NCBI GenBank assembly: GCA_963697165.1 | Contig: CAVOMX010000014.1 | Coordinates: forward strand, 1 to 64,000 | Direction: 5' to 3' | DNA: 64,000 nt | Origin: Candidatus Bathyarchaeota archaeon | GTDB lineage: Archaea > Thermoproteota > Bathyarchaeia > Bathyarchaeales > Bathyarchaeaceae | Part shown: one piece after another, positions 36,127 through 47,016 of the stretch | How the letters are laid out: the number at the start of each line of letters is the position of its first letter | Numbering within the stretch: the stretch's first letter is position 1 | Notes under the pieces: generated by a model | Told to the model about the DNA's origin: nothing | The model's input: the letters and a program-made list of their open reading frames with translations, nothing else | The model's database searches: none | Made by a program: the position numbers and the translations under genes

Positions 36127-37520
36127 TCAGGTAAGCCCCGAGCGTTTCTTTCCTGTTTTGTCTTTTCTATGACTAGCTCAATCTGTCGGGGGGCAGTGCC
36201 CAGATAGTTTTGTGGGTCAATTACTTTTTCGATTTCCTCAGGCAGGAGCAATTCTTTGACGGTGCAGTTTTCTGAAAGAACATCCTTGAAGGTGCGTTGT
36301 TCATTGTGGCTTTTTATTGCAAGTTCACGGATTAGCTCATGGGCTTTTTGGCGTCCCAGCCCCTTCTTTGCTAGGGCAAGCATAACCGCCTCAGACATCA
36401 TCCGTCCTTGTGTTATGTCCATGTTCTTTCGCATCCTTGTTTCGTCAACCTCCAGCCCCTTCAGTACCTTAATCATCAGAATCAGCATGTAATCGATGAG
36501 TATGCACTCTTCTGGAATCACGAATCGTTCACACGATGACTGGGTAAGATCTCGTTCATGCCACGTGGGAACATTCTCTAACGCTGGCGAAACAAGGCTT
36601 CTTAGCAGCTTCGCCAACCCGCAGATTCTCTCGCTAATCATGGGGTTACGCTTGTGAGGCATTGTTGAGCTGCCAACCTGTTTCTTCTGTTCAAAAGCCT
36701 CGAAAGCCTCGGCAATCTCGGGTCTCTGCAGTTCCCGAATCTCAGATGCAATATTATCTAGTGTAGATGCAATTATAGCTAGGACACAGGTTAATTCAGC
36801 GTAGCGGTCCCTCTGGACAATCTGTGTTGAAATGTCTGATGCACTGATGCCGAGTCGTTCCATAACAAGTTCCTGTATCTTGAGCGCTTTTGGTCCTAAC
36901 CCCGCCTGTGTTCCTACTGCGCCACTCATCTTTCCAGCCAACAATCGTCCCCTACAGTCTCGGAGACGCTGGATGTGTCTGGAGACTTCTCGTGTCCAGA
37001 CTGCAACCTTGAAGCCAAAAGTGGTCGGGAGGGCGTGCTGACCGTGACTTCTTCCCATCATGATGCTCATCTTGTGCTTTTCTGCTCTTGCAAGCAGAAC
37101 TGATTCCAGTTCGTTTAGTCGTTCTTTGATCAGGTTCACAGCTTCGTTTAGCTGCAGAGCAGTTGCGGTGTCTAGCATGTCAGAGCTTGTTGCTCCAAGG
37201 TGAACATATTCTCCGCTTGAGCCGCAGACTTCTGCTAATGCTCTGACCAACGCCATGACGTCGTGCCTGATTTCGTTTTCAATCTCCTTTACGCGTTCAA
37301 GCTTGACGTATCGAGTGGACGCTTTTTCTATGATCCTTTTTGCGTCTTCTTTTGGGATGTTGCCTACTTGGCTGTGAGCCCAAGCTAGCGCCGCTTCTAC
37401 GTCCAGCATCTTTTGTAGTCTGTTTTCTTCGTCGAAGATTCTTCTCATTTCAGGTGAGCCGTAACGGCCTGTATCTATGGGAAGAATTGGCAATTTTGTT
37501 GTCCTCCGGAAACGATACAT
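36123..37520 (-). CDS. purB: Adenylosuccinate lyase (start probably about 37493)
   Basis: HLGATSSD, GRSHGQHA, GSSTMPHKRNP. Confidence 0.95.
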   Translation of the reverse strand: MYRFRRTTKLPILPIDTGRYGSPEMRRIFDEENRLQKMLDVEAALAWAHSQVGNIPKEDAKRIIEKASTRYVKLERVKEIENEIRHDVMALVRALAEVCGSSGEYVHLGATSSDMLDTATALQLNEAVNLIKERLNELESVLLARAEKHKMSIMMGRSHGQHALPTTFGFKVAVWTREVSRHIQRLRDCRGRLLAGKMSGAVGTQAGLGPKALKIQELVMERLGISASDISTQIVQRDRYAELTCVLAIIASTLDNIASEIRELQRPEIAEAFEAFEQKKQVGSSTMPHKRNPMISERICGLAKLLRSLVSPALENVPTWHERDLTQSSCERFVIPEECILIDYMLILMIKVLKGLEVDETRMRKNMDITQGRMMSEAVMLALAKKGLGRQKAHELIRELAIKSHNEQRTFKDVLSENCTVKELLLPEEIEKVIDPQNYLGTAPRQIELVIEKTKQERNARGLPD

Positions 37521-37591
37521 AAATGTATTGAACTAACCTTTTACCAGTTTCGCCTAAAAATAATGCGTCTCTAGGGCTGGAGAATTGAAAG

Positions 37592-39061
37592 ATGGGAGCG
37601 TTGGTTGCTGCCGTAAACAAGAAAGGAGAAAACGCTATGTCCACGGTAGTTGCTATACTACGTGAGTTGGCTCATAGGGGAAACGGTGGCTACGGAATAG
37701 CAACACCCGCTTTGGCATCAAAAGCTGCGACACTTGAAGAACTGGAGCATAAAAACTGTAGTTCAAGTGTTGCTTTAGGTCACAACCTTTCATGTATCCT
37801 ACCGAGGGACCAGCCTCAGCCGGTTCTGGGCGACGGCTTCACGGTTGTCTTTGAGGGTCGACTGTTTCCTGCCCCCAATTTTCCCGATTTGTCTGAAGTA
37901 CAAGAAATTGCGGGAAAGCTGGGCTCAGACCCGTTGAGAAATGCTGGTAGTATCCTCGAAAAGATGGATGGTTCCTACGTTTTTGCCATTGCAGAATCTA
38001 ATAGGATAGTTGCAGGCAGGGATGTTTTTGGGGCGACTCCCCTCTACTATGGAGAAGATGGGACAGTTTGTGTGGTTGCGTCTGAACGTAAAGCCCTATG
38101 GAAGATTGGACTAAAGGATGTGCAATCTTTTCCTCCAGGGCAATTGGCTGTTATAGACGCAAAGGGCTTCTTTTTTCATGCAATCAAAGAGTTGCGGATG
38201 CCGCCTAGAGAAAAAATGGACATTGAGACTTCGTCGCGAGCTCTTCAGCTTCTTCTTTTGGAGTCAACCAGAAAACAGGTTTCGGACCTTGATGAAGTGG
38301 CTGTTGCTTTTTCGGGGGGCCTAGACAGCAGTGTCGTTGCGGCTCTGGCAGAAAATGTTGGCTTAAACGTTCAGCTTGTTTCTGTGGGGCTAAAGGATCA
38401 GCCTGAGGTCATGTTCACGGAGCAGGCGGCTAAAGCACTAGATTTGCCCATCCACCTCCAAACATACACTACAAGTGAGTTGGAGGAGACTTTTGCTAAA
38501 GTGCTGTGGCTGATTGAGGAGCCTAACCCAATTAATGCTTGTATTGCTGTTCCTTTTTACTGGTTGGCTGAAACCGCAGCGAAGCTGGGGCAGCCGGTCT
38601 TGTTGGCGGGGCAGGGAGCAGACGAACTTTTCGGTGGCTACCAGAGATATCTAACAGAATACGAGAAGTCAGGGGCTGAGGCTGTTGAACAAAAAATGTT
38701 CTATGACGTTAAAAACGCTTATCGCCAAAACTTTCAGAGAGACAACCAAGTCTGCTCATATCACAGTGTAGAACTTAGGATGCCATTCATTGACAGGGAT
38801 GTTGTAGATTTTGCATTACGGTTACCTCTTCGTTTGAAAATTAATTCTGTTGAAGACAAACTTCGAAAAAGAGTACTGCGGCGGGTTGCTAATAATCTAG
38901 ATATTCCCAGTTTCATGGCAGACAAACCTAAGAAGGCAGTCCAATACACGACAGGAGTAACAAAGGCTTTTCAACGCATCGCAAAAAACAAGAATTTAAC
39001 GTTACGAGAATACGTGGAACAGACGTTCAGCAGGATCTACCATTCTAGGAACAGCAACTGA
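37592..39061 (+). CDS. asnB: Asparagine synthetase B-like protein
   Basis: RDVFGATPLYY, FSGGLDSS, GQGADELFGGY, KKAVQY. Confidence 0.88.
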   Translation: MGALVAAVNKKGENAMSTVVAILRELAHRGNGGYGIATPALASKAATLEELEHKNCSSSVALGHNLSCILPRDQPQPVLGDGFTVVFEGRLFPAPNFPDLSEVQEIAGKLGSDPLRNAGSILEKMDGSYVFAIAESNRIVAGRDVFGATPLYYGEDGTVCVVASERKALWKIGLKDVQSFPPGQLAVIDAKGFFFHAIKELRMPPREKMDIETSSRALQLLLLESTRKQVSDLDEVAVAFSGGLDSSVVAALAENVGLNVQLVSVGLKDQPEVMFTEQAAKALDLPIHLQTYTTSELEETFAKVLWLIEEPNPINACIAVPFYWLAETAAKLGQPVLLAGQGADELFGGYQRYLTEYEKSGAEAVEQKMFYDVKNAYRQNFQRDNQVCSYHSVELRMPFIDRDVVDFALRLPLRLKINSVEDKLRKRVLRRVANNLDIPSFMADKPKKAVQYTTGVTKAFQRIAKNKNLTLREYVEQTFSRIYHSRNSN

Positions 39062-39117
39062 TACAGGCGTCTACAAAAGGAGACTGATCAAAACACGAAA
39101 CGGGCAATAGAACTAGT

Positions 39118-39155
39118 TCATATTAGGAAACTAATAACGGCTGATTATTGAAAAC
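39118..39155 (-). repeat. Dispersed 38-bp intergenic element, copy D
   Basis: Reverse complement GTTTTCAATAATCAGCCGTTATTAGTTTCCTAATATGA; 35/38 identical to copy B. Confidence 0.88.
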
Positions 39156-39227
39156 AGGATTTTTAAGAAAACAAAGAAAAGAATGGAAAACTTACTGTTT
39201 TCCAAGAATAGGAATCGGGTATTTTAT

Positions 39228-39410
39228 TTACTCGATAACCTGGATGGCGCCTTCTGGGCACTGCATCTCACATGCTCTACAAATGAGACAGTCCTCAACG
39301 TTTACGGCGACAGACTTTCCGTCTTTCATTTCGTAAACACCGACAGGACAAGTGTCAACACATGTTTCGCATCCATTGCATTTTCCAAGATCTATCTTGA
39401 TTTCAACCAT
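39228..39410 (-). CDS. 2[4Fe-4S] ferredoxin
   Basis: Two CxxCxxCxxxCP motifs. Confidence 0.95.
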   Translation of the reverse strand: MVEIKIDLGKCNGCETCVDTCPVGVYEMKDGKSVAVNVEDCLICRACEMQCPEGAIQVIE

Positions 39411-39481
39411 TAGTTAATCAACTCCGTTTTTTAGATTTTAATCAAAATAAAGCAACTAAATAAAAACGTTTCCTAATAAAA

Positions 39482-41119
39482 CTAATCACCGAGTCCTAGA
39501 AGAACTCCGTCGATTGTTGCTTCAGCATCTTCAATTCGGCTCTGATAATCTTCCAGAAGCTTTCCGTATGCTCCCTTGGACACTTCTCCGCGGCTGTATC
39601 TTGCTTTGATGCGTTGAATGTCTTTTTCTGCGCCTTCAAGCTTTGCTTCAGCCACCTCGATTTGCCTCAGCATGTTTGCATACTTGGAGCCTGCAGCCCG
39701 TATTGTCTCGCTGATACTGGAGAGGTTCCTAGATACAGCGGAGAGGCGTCCATCCAGCATCTTTCTTCTGATTTTGTATCTTCGTCTGGGAATTTTTCCG
39801 TTTTGCAACTGCTCTTCTAGGGCTTGAACTTCTGAGCGAATCGCCTCTTTTTCTTCGTACGCATCAACGAAACTCTTGATGTCTTTTGGCTGAACCTGAA
39901 TTTTTGGAACAGAAATTGCTTTAGGTGTGCCCCAGAAAAAGAACACTGCTGACGCGACAACAGCTATTATTCCAACCCATATAGTGGGATAGAGAGAGCC
40001 CCAGAATACGAGGTATCTGTAGTTGATGCTGAAGTTGAGGTCTTGGGACGAAGTTACATCAGAGAAAGCGAAGGAAAGAGTTTCTTGAACATCGCTTTTT
40101 GTGGTAATGTCGGATTCTGGACTAGAGGATTGTAGTGCAGCGCCTTTGGGCAGAGTTATGGAGACAGTTAATTTTCCTATTGTAGAATTGAATTGCTCAT
40201 AGAACGTAAACTGCAAATTGTAGTCAACTCCATTCTGTTGACTAATAAGCATGTTCCTTGGCATACGGTAATTAACATAGATTGTCTCGGTTCCTTTTGT
40301 TTCCACGGCTTCTCTGAAAGTCACCGTCATCAAATTATTTTCTGTTGAAGTCGCAAGTGCACCCATCTCGTCGCGCACTTCAAATCCGTAGGCGCCCTCG
40401 GGAAAAGCGATGTCAACTTCGCTTGCCTGAAATTCTAAGTTGGTTAAGTAGTAAGCGTTAGTAACGTATATGCTTCCAACCTGATCTAAGATTATCTCTC
40501 GCTTAATCTCAGTAAATTCGATTACAACAATTGGACGCTGGAATTCATCAGAGTAATACTGCTTAGACATAGACGTATCAAATAAACTATCAATCACGCC
40601 ATCAGTTTCGTTGTAAAGATTGATATCGGCAATAGTGGCAGGGTCAACGCCTGAAGCATAGATTTCTGTGCCGTTTAGGGCGAGGTCAATAACATGAATG
40701 CCCACATCAAGGTACATAGATTTCTCGGTAAACATGCCAACGAAAGCGTATGTTGAATTATAAAGTCCACCAACATCCACCTTGTATGTCGCTGGGCGGG
40801 TAATGTTAACTTCTATGCCCAAATTAAGGTAATCAAAATATCCGTCATCATCACTGTCCACTCCCACATCATGGATTACCCCAGTAAGGCTTGATGCCAC
40901 CTCGTCTTGGGCGCTAACTGGAGACAGTTGCACCAAGAAAAACAATAATGTCGAAATGATGAAAAGAGAAACCATCATCTTTGTTACTATTCGGTTGTAC
41001 GTGTACGTATTCTTCACATGAAACACCATCAGGTATAATTCTATTTTTTGTTGGCGTAAGTATCGTAGATTACCTTTATTTATTTTTGCCAGAGATAAAA
41101 ACATATAGTTATGCAACAA
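39482..41119 (-). CDS. Ribophorin-I-like membrane protein (start probably about 40978-41029)
   Basis: Signal peptide, beta-rich lumenal part (KREIILDQVG, VRDEMG, VSITLPKGA), TM, C-terminal helical bundle. Confidence 0.6.
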   Translation of the reverse strand: MLHNYMFLSLAKINKGNLRYLRQQKIELYLMVFHVKNTYTYNRIVTKMMVSLFIISTLLFFLVQLSPVSAQDEVASSLTGVIHDVGVDSDDDGYFDYLNLGIEVNITRPATYKVDVGGLYNSTYAFVGMFTEKSMYLDVGIHVIDLALNGTEIYASGVDPATIADINLYNETDGVIDSLFDTSMSKQYYSDEFQRPIVVIEFTEIKREIILDQVGSIYVTNAYYLTNLEFQASEVDIAFPEGAYGFEVRDEMGALATSTENNLMTVTFREAVETKGTETIYVNYRMPRNMLISQQNGVDYNLQFTFYEQFNSTIGKLTVSITLPKGAALQSSSPESDITTKSDVQETLSFAFSDVTSSQDLNFSINYRYLVFWGSLYPTIWVGIIAVVASAVFFFWGTPKAISVPKIQVQPKDIKSFVDAYEEKEAIRSEVQALEEQLQNGKIPRRRYKIRRKMLDGRLSAVSRNLSSISETIRAAGSKYANMLRQIEVAEAKLEGAEKDIQRIKARYSRGEVSKGAYGKLLEDYQSRIEDAEATIDGVLLGLGD

Positions 41120-41278
41120 CGATTAGATGACCATACATCTGATTTCAGGACAGTTATAACCAGAAACAAAATAGCTCGAGGAAACAAAATAATAGGTTTT
41201 GAATGCGACTATTAATGTAAGCATGTTCAGAAGAAGCATATCATTACCATAAACATGTAACGCATAAATTTAGTTCTG

Positions 41279-42364
41279 TTAGGGGCTTTTATTCCCTAGT
41301 TTCTTTCCGAAGATTGATTGATTTGTTTTTGAGGACAGGTTTGGTGTTGATGCTTCTCTTGCGTCAGCAGCTTCGGCGCGGTCAATTGAGATGTTAGCGA
41401 TTTCGTGTGCGTGCTGCTGTATTTGTTCTAGGCTGTCGATGACTAGGCGGAGGTTTGCTAGTGCCAAACTGGAGATTTCTGCTTTCTGGTTTGATTTTAG
41501 GCAACTATTCCATAGATTTTCGAGGTCAAATGAGGCATCCAAGACATTGTTTGCCAGAGTAATGTCTTTGGACAGAAGGGCTTGCATAGAATCATTATAC
41601 AATTTTTGGATGTTGTTGCTTGTTTCGACTAAAAGTTTCATGATTGGCGACGGCAACTGGTGACCTGTTAATGAGTTAATATTTTTGGCGATTTTGTTTA
41701 GGTTCCCAGTTATTTCAGAGTTTATGTGGAGAATCTGCAGGTAGTCAACACAATCTATCAATGTTATGTCGCCATTCTGGGATGGTTTTGGGAACAAAAT
41801 TAGGCTTCTGAGGAGACGATTAGTAACCAAAAGAAGCCTCTTGATGTCCCGAGTTCTTCGAGTTAAACCTTTGACCAGATCAACGTTCTGTGTGTCTATG
41901 GCAGAAATCATCTCACAAAACATTAACAGATTTACGTTGTGAATCCGAGTTATTGCCTTGTTGACGGGCATAGTTTGTTTGAGCAAACACACGATCATCA
42001 TCATGTTTCCTGTTACCTCAATTACTTCCAAACCGAACAGGTTGTTGATTGTTTCCCGGATGGATTCATGCTGCTCTTCAGTGAATGTTGTTTCGGTCTT
42101 AAGTTCAATTGTGTCGAATCCATCCAGATATGCTGCAATAATTCCTCGCTTAAGGGATTGGCTTGAGCTGTTTTTGGTTATATCCAGAGTTATTTCTCTA
42201 CGTTGACTGTCTTCAGTTTTTGGATAAATTGAGATTGAACCGTCTTTTTGTGTAACTAACTTTACTTTTTCTCCATGATTCATCATCAATTCGTTTGTCC
42301 AAGATTTGGGAATGGAAATGTAGAGTGTGTTACCTATTTTTTGAATTTTTCTGGTCTCCGACAT
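41279..42364 (-). CDS. AbrB-PhoU phosphate uptake regulator family
   Basis: ETRKIQKIGNTLYISIPKSW, AYLDGFD, PhoU-like helices. Confidence 0.88.
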   Translation of the reverse strand: MSETRKIQKIGNTLYISIPKSWTNELMMNHGEKVKLVTQKDGSISIYPKTEDSQRREITLDITKNSSSQSLKRGIIAAYLDGFDTIELKTETTFTEEQHESIRETINNLFGLEVIEVTGNMMMIVCLLKQTMPVNKAITRIHNVNLLMFCEMISAIDTQNVDLVKGLTRRTRDIKRLLLVTNRLLRSLILFPKPSQNGDITLIDCVDYLQILHINSEITGNLNKIAKNINSLTGHQLPSPIMKLLVETSNNIQKLYNDSMQALLSKDITLANNVLDASFDLENLWNSCLKSNQKAEISSLALANLRLVIDSLEQIQQHAHEIANISIDRAEAADAREASTPNLSSKTNQSIFGKKLGNKSP

Positions 42365-42763
42365 GACCCTGTACCAGCAATTTAAATTTTATTAACTTTG
42401 ATTAATCTAATAGTTAACATATATATCTTTAGACGAAAAACTTAAATCCAGCTCCCTGCCTTCAGACTCAGAAAAATAGGAAATATCAAGGCGTGTCAGG
42501 GGAAAAAATTCCAATCACAGCTACAAAAAGTACATTTTCTATGACCACATCTAGCATCTGCAATTATGAAAAGCGCCACTGCCGAGTAGCTGAAAAATGA
42601 AACAAGAAATCACGTTTTGAAGTTAACCCATGTGAACAATTAAAGAACGTTTTTTAAGGTGCAAACAATAATTGATTTTTTTACAATTAGAAAAGCTTAT
42701 AGATAATAGCCTACTGAATTTGGCTAGGTCACTTAGTAAATCAAGTTTTCTGGTGAATCCAAT

Positions 42764-43975
42764 ATGGAAATATTAGCAATTGTACCGATTATTCTGATCG
42801 CCGCATTTCTACTCGGAGAGATGTTCAAGAGAATTGGATTGCCTTCTGTTGTCGGCCAGATCCTTGCAGGGTTATTGTTTGGAGTTCCAGCCATAAAGGA
42901 ACTGCTTTTTGGCGATGGATCAACCCTGATTATAATCGATTTTCTGGCTACACTTGGAGTATTGCTTCTCCTATTTCTGGCAGGATTAGAGATTGAAATC
43001 GAGAAAATAAAGGAAACCTCAAGAGACTCAATTCTCAGTATCTCTTAGCTCTGCATTAGTCCCATTCGCACTTGGGTTTTGTGTTCATAACGGTGTTTTT
43101 CCCCGAATACGGCTTTCTGTCGGCACTGATTTTTGGAGGAGCAATGATGGTCACGTCAGAAGGAACAAAAGTTAAGGTACTCATGGACTTTAACAGCTTA
43201 AACACCCGATTAGGAGCAGTAATGCTTGCTGCAGGAGCAATAGACGACGTTTTCGAGGTCCTGTTCTTGTCCGTTGTCGTGGTTTTCGCTAAAGGAGGAA
43301 GCCTATTTGACTTGGCGATGATTCCTGTAGAAATAATTATCTTCCTCATAGTCGCGTACATATCATTCAAAGATAATGTCTAAAGTCCTGCAGCATCTTG
43401 ACAAAAAACCGGAGAAGAAACAGGATTATTCTCCATAGTAATGATATTTGTCCTAGTTCTCGCAGCTCTCTCTGAATCTTTGAATGTAGGCTACTAATCG
43501 GTTCGATTCTTGGAGGTTTTCTTTTACAAATCTCCTCTAAGAGAAATCAGCAAACGAAACAAGAGAGAAATGTTAACGTAATCAAACTTATTGCATTGGG
43601 CTTTATTGTTCCGTTCTTCTTCGTCAACGTTGGATTAACCTTTGACTCGGCACATTATCCTCCAATCTGCCGCTAATCGTAGCTACAGTACTCATCGCAT
43701 TCTTTGGAAAAATGATAGGAACATTCATTATCAAACCAGTTTCCACACTGAGCTGGAAACAGCTCTACTATGTTGGCTGGGCAATGAACTCGAGAGGTGC
43801 AGCTGAGTTGGTTATTGCGTTGATTGCAATGCAATATGGCTTGATTTCTCTAGAGATTTTTTCGGCTCTCGTTGCAATGAGTATAGTAACTACTCTCATC
43901 TTTCCGCCAGTTCTCGCCAGAGGCATAAAGAGGAATCCGGGACTTATGGATGCAAAGGTAGATAGAAAACATTAA
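42764..43975 (+). CDS. Cation:proton antiporter, CPA2 (frameshifted)
   Basis: PSVVGQILAG, LLFLAGLE, AGAIDD, PFFFVNVG, MNSRG. Confidence 0.88.
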
Positions 43976-44049
43976 AACTTGGTTGAAGATTTAATGAACA
44001 GTAACAAGTTCTAGCATATAAAAGGGGAAACAGTAGCGGGGATAAATAA

Positions 44050-44436
44050 ATGAAAGAAAAAATGAAGATTCTAGTAGGAGTTGACGGTTCTGATTACTCT
44101 ACATGGGCGCTTATGGAAGCCATTAGTATTGCAAAAAAGTTTTCAGGTCACGTGAAAGTCATCACAGTCTACAAGCGAGGAAACATAGATGATTCGACCA
44201 AAATTCAGCTGAAAGTGAAGCAGCTTTTGGAGGAAGAAAAAATTGATTCTAGCTTATCAGCTATTCTTGGTTCCAACCCTTCAAGAGCCATGGTTGACAC
44301 AGCCAAAAACGAGAACTTCGACTTGATAGTAGTAGGCAGCAGAGGATTGGGCAGTGCTGCAGCTTTCCTGTTAGGTAGTGTCTCAAAACAGGTAGTTACC
44401 AAAGCAAGCTGCGATGTTCTTGTAGTAAAAAAGTAG
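44050..44436 (+). CDS. Universal stress protein
   Basis: ILVGVDGS, DLIVVGSRG, LLGSVS. Confidence 0.93.
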   Translation: MKEKMKILVGVDGSDYSTWALMEAISIAKKFSGHVKVITVYKRGNIDDSTKIQLKVKQLLEEEKIDSSLSAILGSNPSRAMVDTAKNENFDLIVVGSRGLGSAAAFLLGSVSKQVVTKASCDVLVVKK

Positions 44437-44509
44437 TTTGCTAGTTGTAAAGAAGGACAGAATTGAAATAACTGGACAATATACAAACAGAGTTAGCAAT
44501 AGTACCACT

Positions 44510-45383
44510 TTATCTGACTATCAGCACTGAACTTCTTGCATGCATACTTATGTCGTCACTGACACTTCCAAGCAGGTATCTTCTTACGCTGCTTAATCCT
44601 CTACTTCCTACAACGATAAGGTCAACATTCGCCTTTTTTGCAACCTTGATTATTATTTCTGCGGGGCTGCCGTACTCTAGCATCTTGTCAAACGAAACTC
44701 CTTGGACTTTGGTTGATGCATCGTTTAGGATGCATTCGCCGACTGTTCCAACACAATCTACGACCTGCGGTCCTCCTATACGAATGAGCTTATCTTCTTC
44801 AACATGCAACAAAGCCAAGTTTGCGCTATAGATCTGGGCTAACTGAACAGCATACTCAAGCGCCTTTTCTGCATATTTAGAACCATCAACAGCCGTGAGT
44901 ATCTTCTCAACTTTTGGTTTCTGTTTAACTATAAGAACAGGGCATTCAGCATGCCTTGCAACCTTCTCCGTGATGCTTCCCAAAGAGTAACGCGCAGATT
45001 GATGTTTAGCACGATTGCCTATAACAACCAAATTGTACCCTTCATCCTTAACTAATTGAAGCAAGAATTCTGCCGGATCTTCGTAAGTAACCAGCCTAGC
45101 ATCGACATCTATACCAGCCTCTCTGAACATTTCCTCGGCGTTTCTGATGATTTGTTTGCCAGCCTTCAAATACGACTCATCAATTTTATGCAAGATTGAG
45201 GGAGGTAACTGATACTGGGCTTTTAGTTCAGGGTGCATAAATTCGTGGGAGATAACATGAACCACTGTTACTTTTGACTTGAACTTTTTTGCAATCGAAA
45301 AAGCAAGCATTTTGGCGTGAAGACAGGAATGCGAACCATCCACAGGAACAAGAATCTTCTTAAAAAGTTGCTTATCTGCTCAT
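44510..45383 (-). CDS. Tandem-domain universal stress protein
   Basis: Two Usp domains; ATG at 45383 with a 5' frameshift. Confidence 0.92.
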
Positions 45384-45461
45384 TATCGTCACAGATACAT
45401 CTAACTTCCATTGGATATTTTAAGTTTCTCGAGTAACAACCTTAGCATATTCTCACAGAAT

Positions 45462-46968
45462 TCACAATTGGGCACCAAGTATGTGCCATAAATCAGTCTT
45501 GGTTAATATACCAACAATTTTTTTAGGATTAGCCTCATCAACAACTGCAATTCGCCCCACATCATGTATCCTCATCTTCTTGAAGGCATCCAACGCAAGC
45601 TCTTCAGGATAAATAACAACAGGATTCTTCGGCACAATATCATCGAATAAGAACATCATCACGTTTTTCTTTTTCAACCTTCACAACATCCTCCAATGCC
45701 ACAATACCAATGAAGTCTCCAGTCTCATCAACAACAGGATATCCAGTGTGATGATGCTTCGCCATGAAATCCAAGATTTGGCTTACAGTAAAATTGGGAG
45801 ACACTGTCTTGAGATTCTTTGACATAACATCTTTCACTTTGAATTGAGAAAGAACAGCTATTTCTTTTAAGGGGCGAACCGGCACAGGCACATAAGCTTC
45901 CTTCATCTCAGAAATTTCTTTCAGGGCAGTTCTTCTCTTTTGTACAGCGGTCTCAATCACATGGGCAAAGGCGTCTGGTTCAAGTTCTATTACTCCTGTG
46001 TTTATCACCCCAGCCTCCACAGCAGAATAAAAGAAGTCCTCTCCAGCCTTTGTTCTGATAATTACTGTAGACCACTCCTTGAGAGGATATGCGCTTCCGA
46101 CAGAAATGTCAGCCAGTTCTGAGGTAAAGTCGGTGCAGGTTTCACAGCTGGTCAAGATGTGTGGTTTAACTTCGGATAGTGGAACTTTTATGTTGCCTTT
46201 GTCTGTTTGAACCGTCAGTTCCTTTACGATGTCAAGCCGTTTTATCTCGTCGGGTTTAATGTTATAATTTTTTTCCAGGTAATCAAGCAGGCGCCCAAAA
46301 GAAAGTGTCCAGAAACAGAAGAGCCCTATTATCACCTTCAGGTTTCCTGTGATTTTGTGTTCCCAAGCCTCAAGTTTACGAAGGGCTAGCACATGACAGG
46401 GAACACCCACGAATGCAATGTTTGCTTTTCCGTATTCATACACTGCGCTTCCATACGCTCTAGCCACGGATGAGGGAAAGAATTTGCTGCCGACAGCAGA
46501 AAACACGTCGTCGGGAACCACCCCAACTAAAGCTTTAGGTTTAATAGGAATGTTTGTTTCCGCCTGAGAAACAATTGCGCTGTCTATTATTCCTTTGTCT
46601 ATGGCGTTTGTTAGAAGTGTGGTGACAATAGCGCCCCCATGACCCAGTTTTCTGAGTTCGGGGTCTGCTGCTTGGGCGAGTAATATTCTTCTGTAGTATC
46701 CTAAGCCTTCTCTTTTTAAGGGCGAGTCTGAAACAAATTTTAGACTCTCAGAAATAAGTTTCTCGGAGTGTGGGCAAATCTCGTAACATATAGGGCACGA
46801 GTCAATGTGTTTTGAGCAATCAAAGTGTTCAATTTTGTCTTCCCCTATGGTTATTGCATGAACTGGACATGCCGCTTCGCATGCCCCACAGAAGGTACAG
46901 AATCCAGAGTTGATGATTTTGCTTTCTAAGTCATTGTATGCTATAAGATTGTCTTTTTTTGTTGCCAC
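45462..46968 (-). CDS. FrhB/FpoF-family F420-binding subunit fused to a CBS pair
   Basis: N-terminal 2[4Fe-4S], GGAIVT, VGVPCH, IGLFC, CETCTDFTSELADISVG; CBS1 and CBS2 (second after a frameshift). Confidence 0.88.
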
Positions 46969-47016
46969 AGAATCCCCTTAAATAATTTTATCATTCAAAC
47001 AAGTTAACATTTTTGG

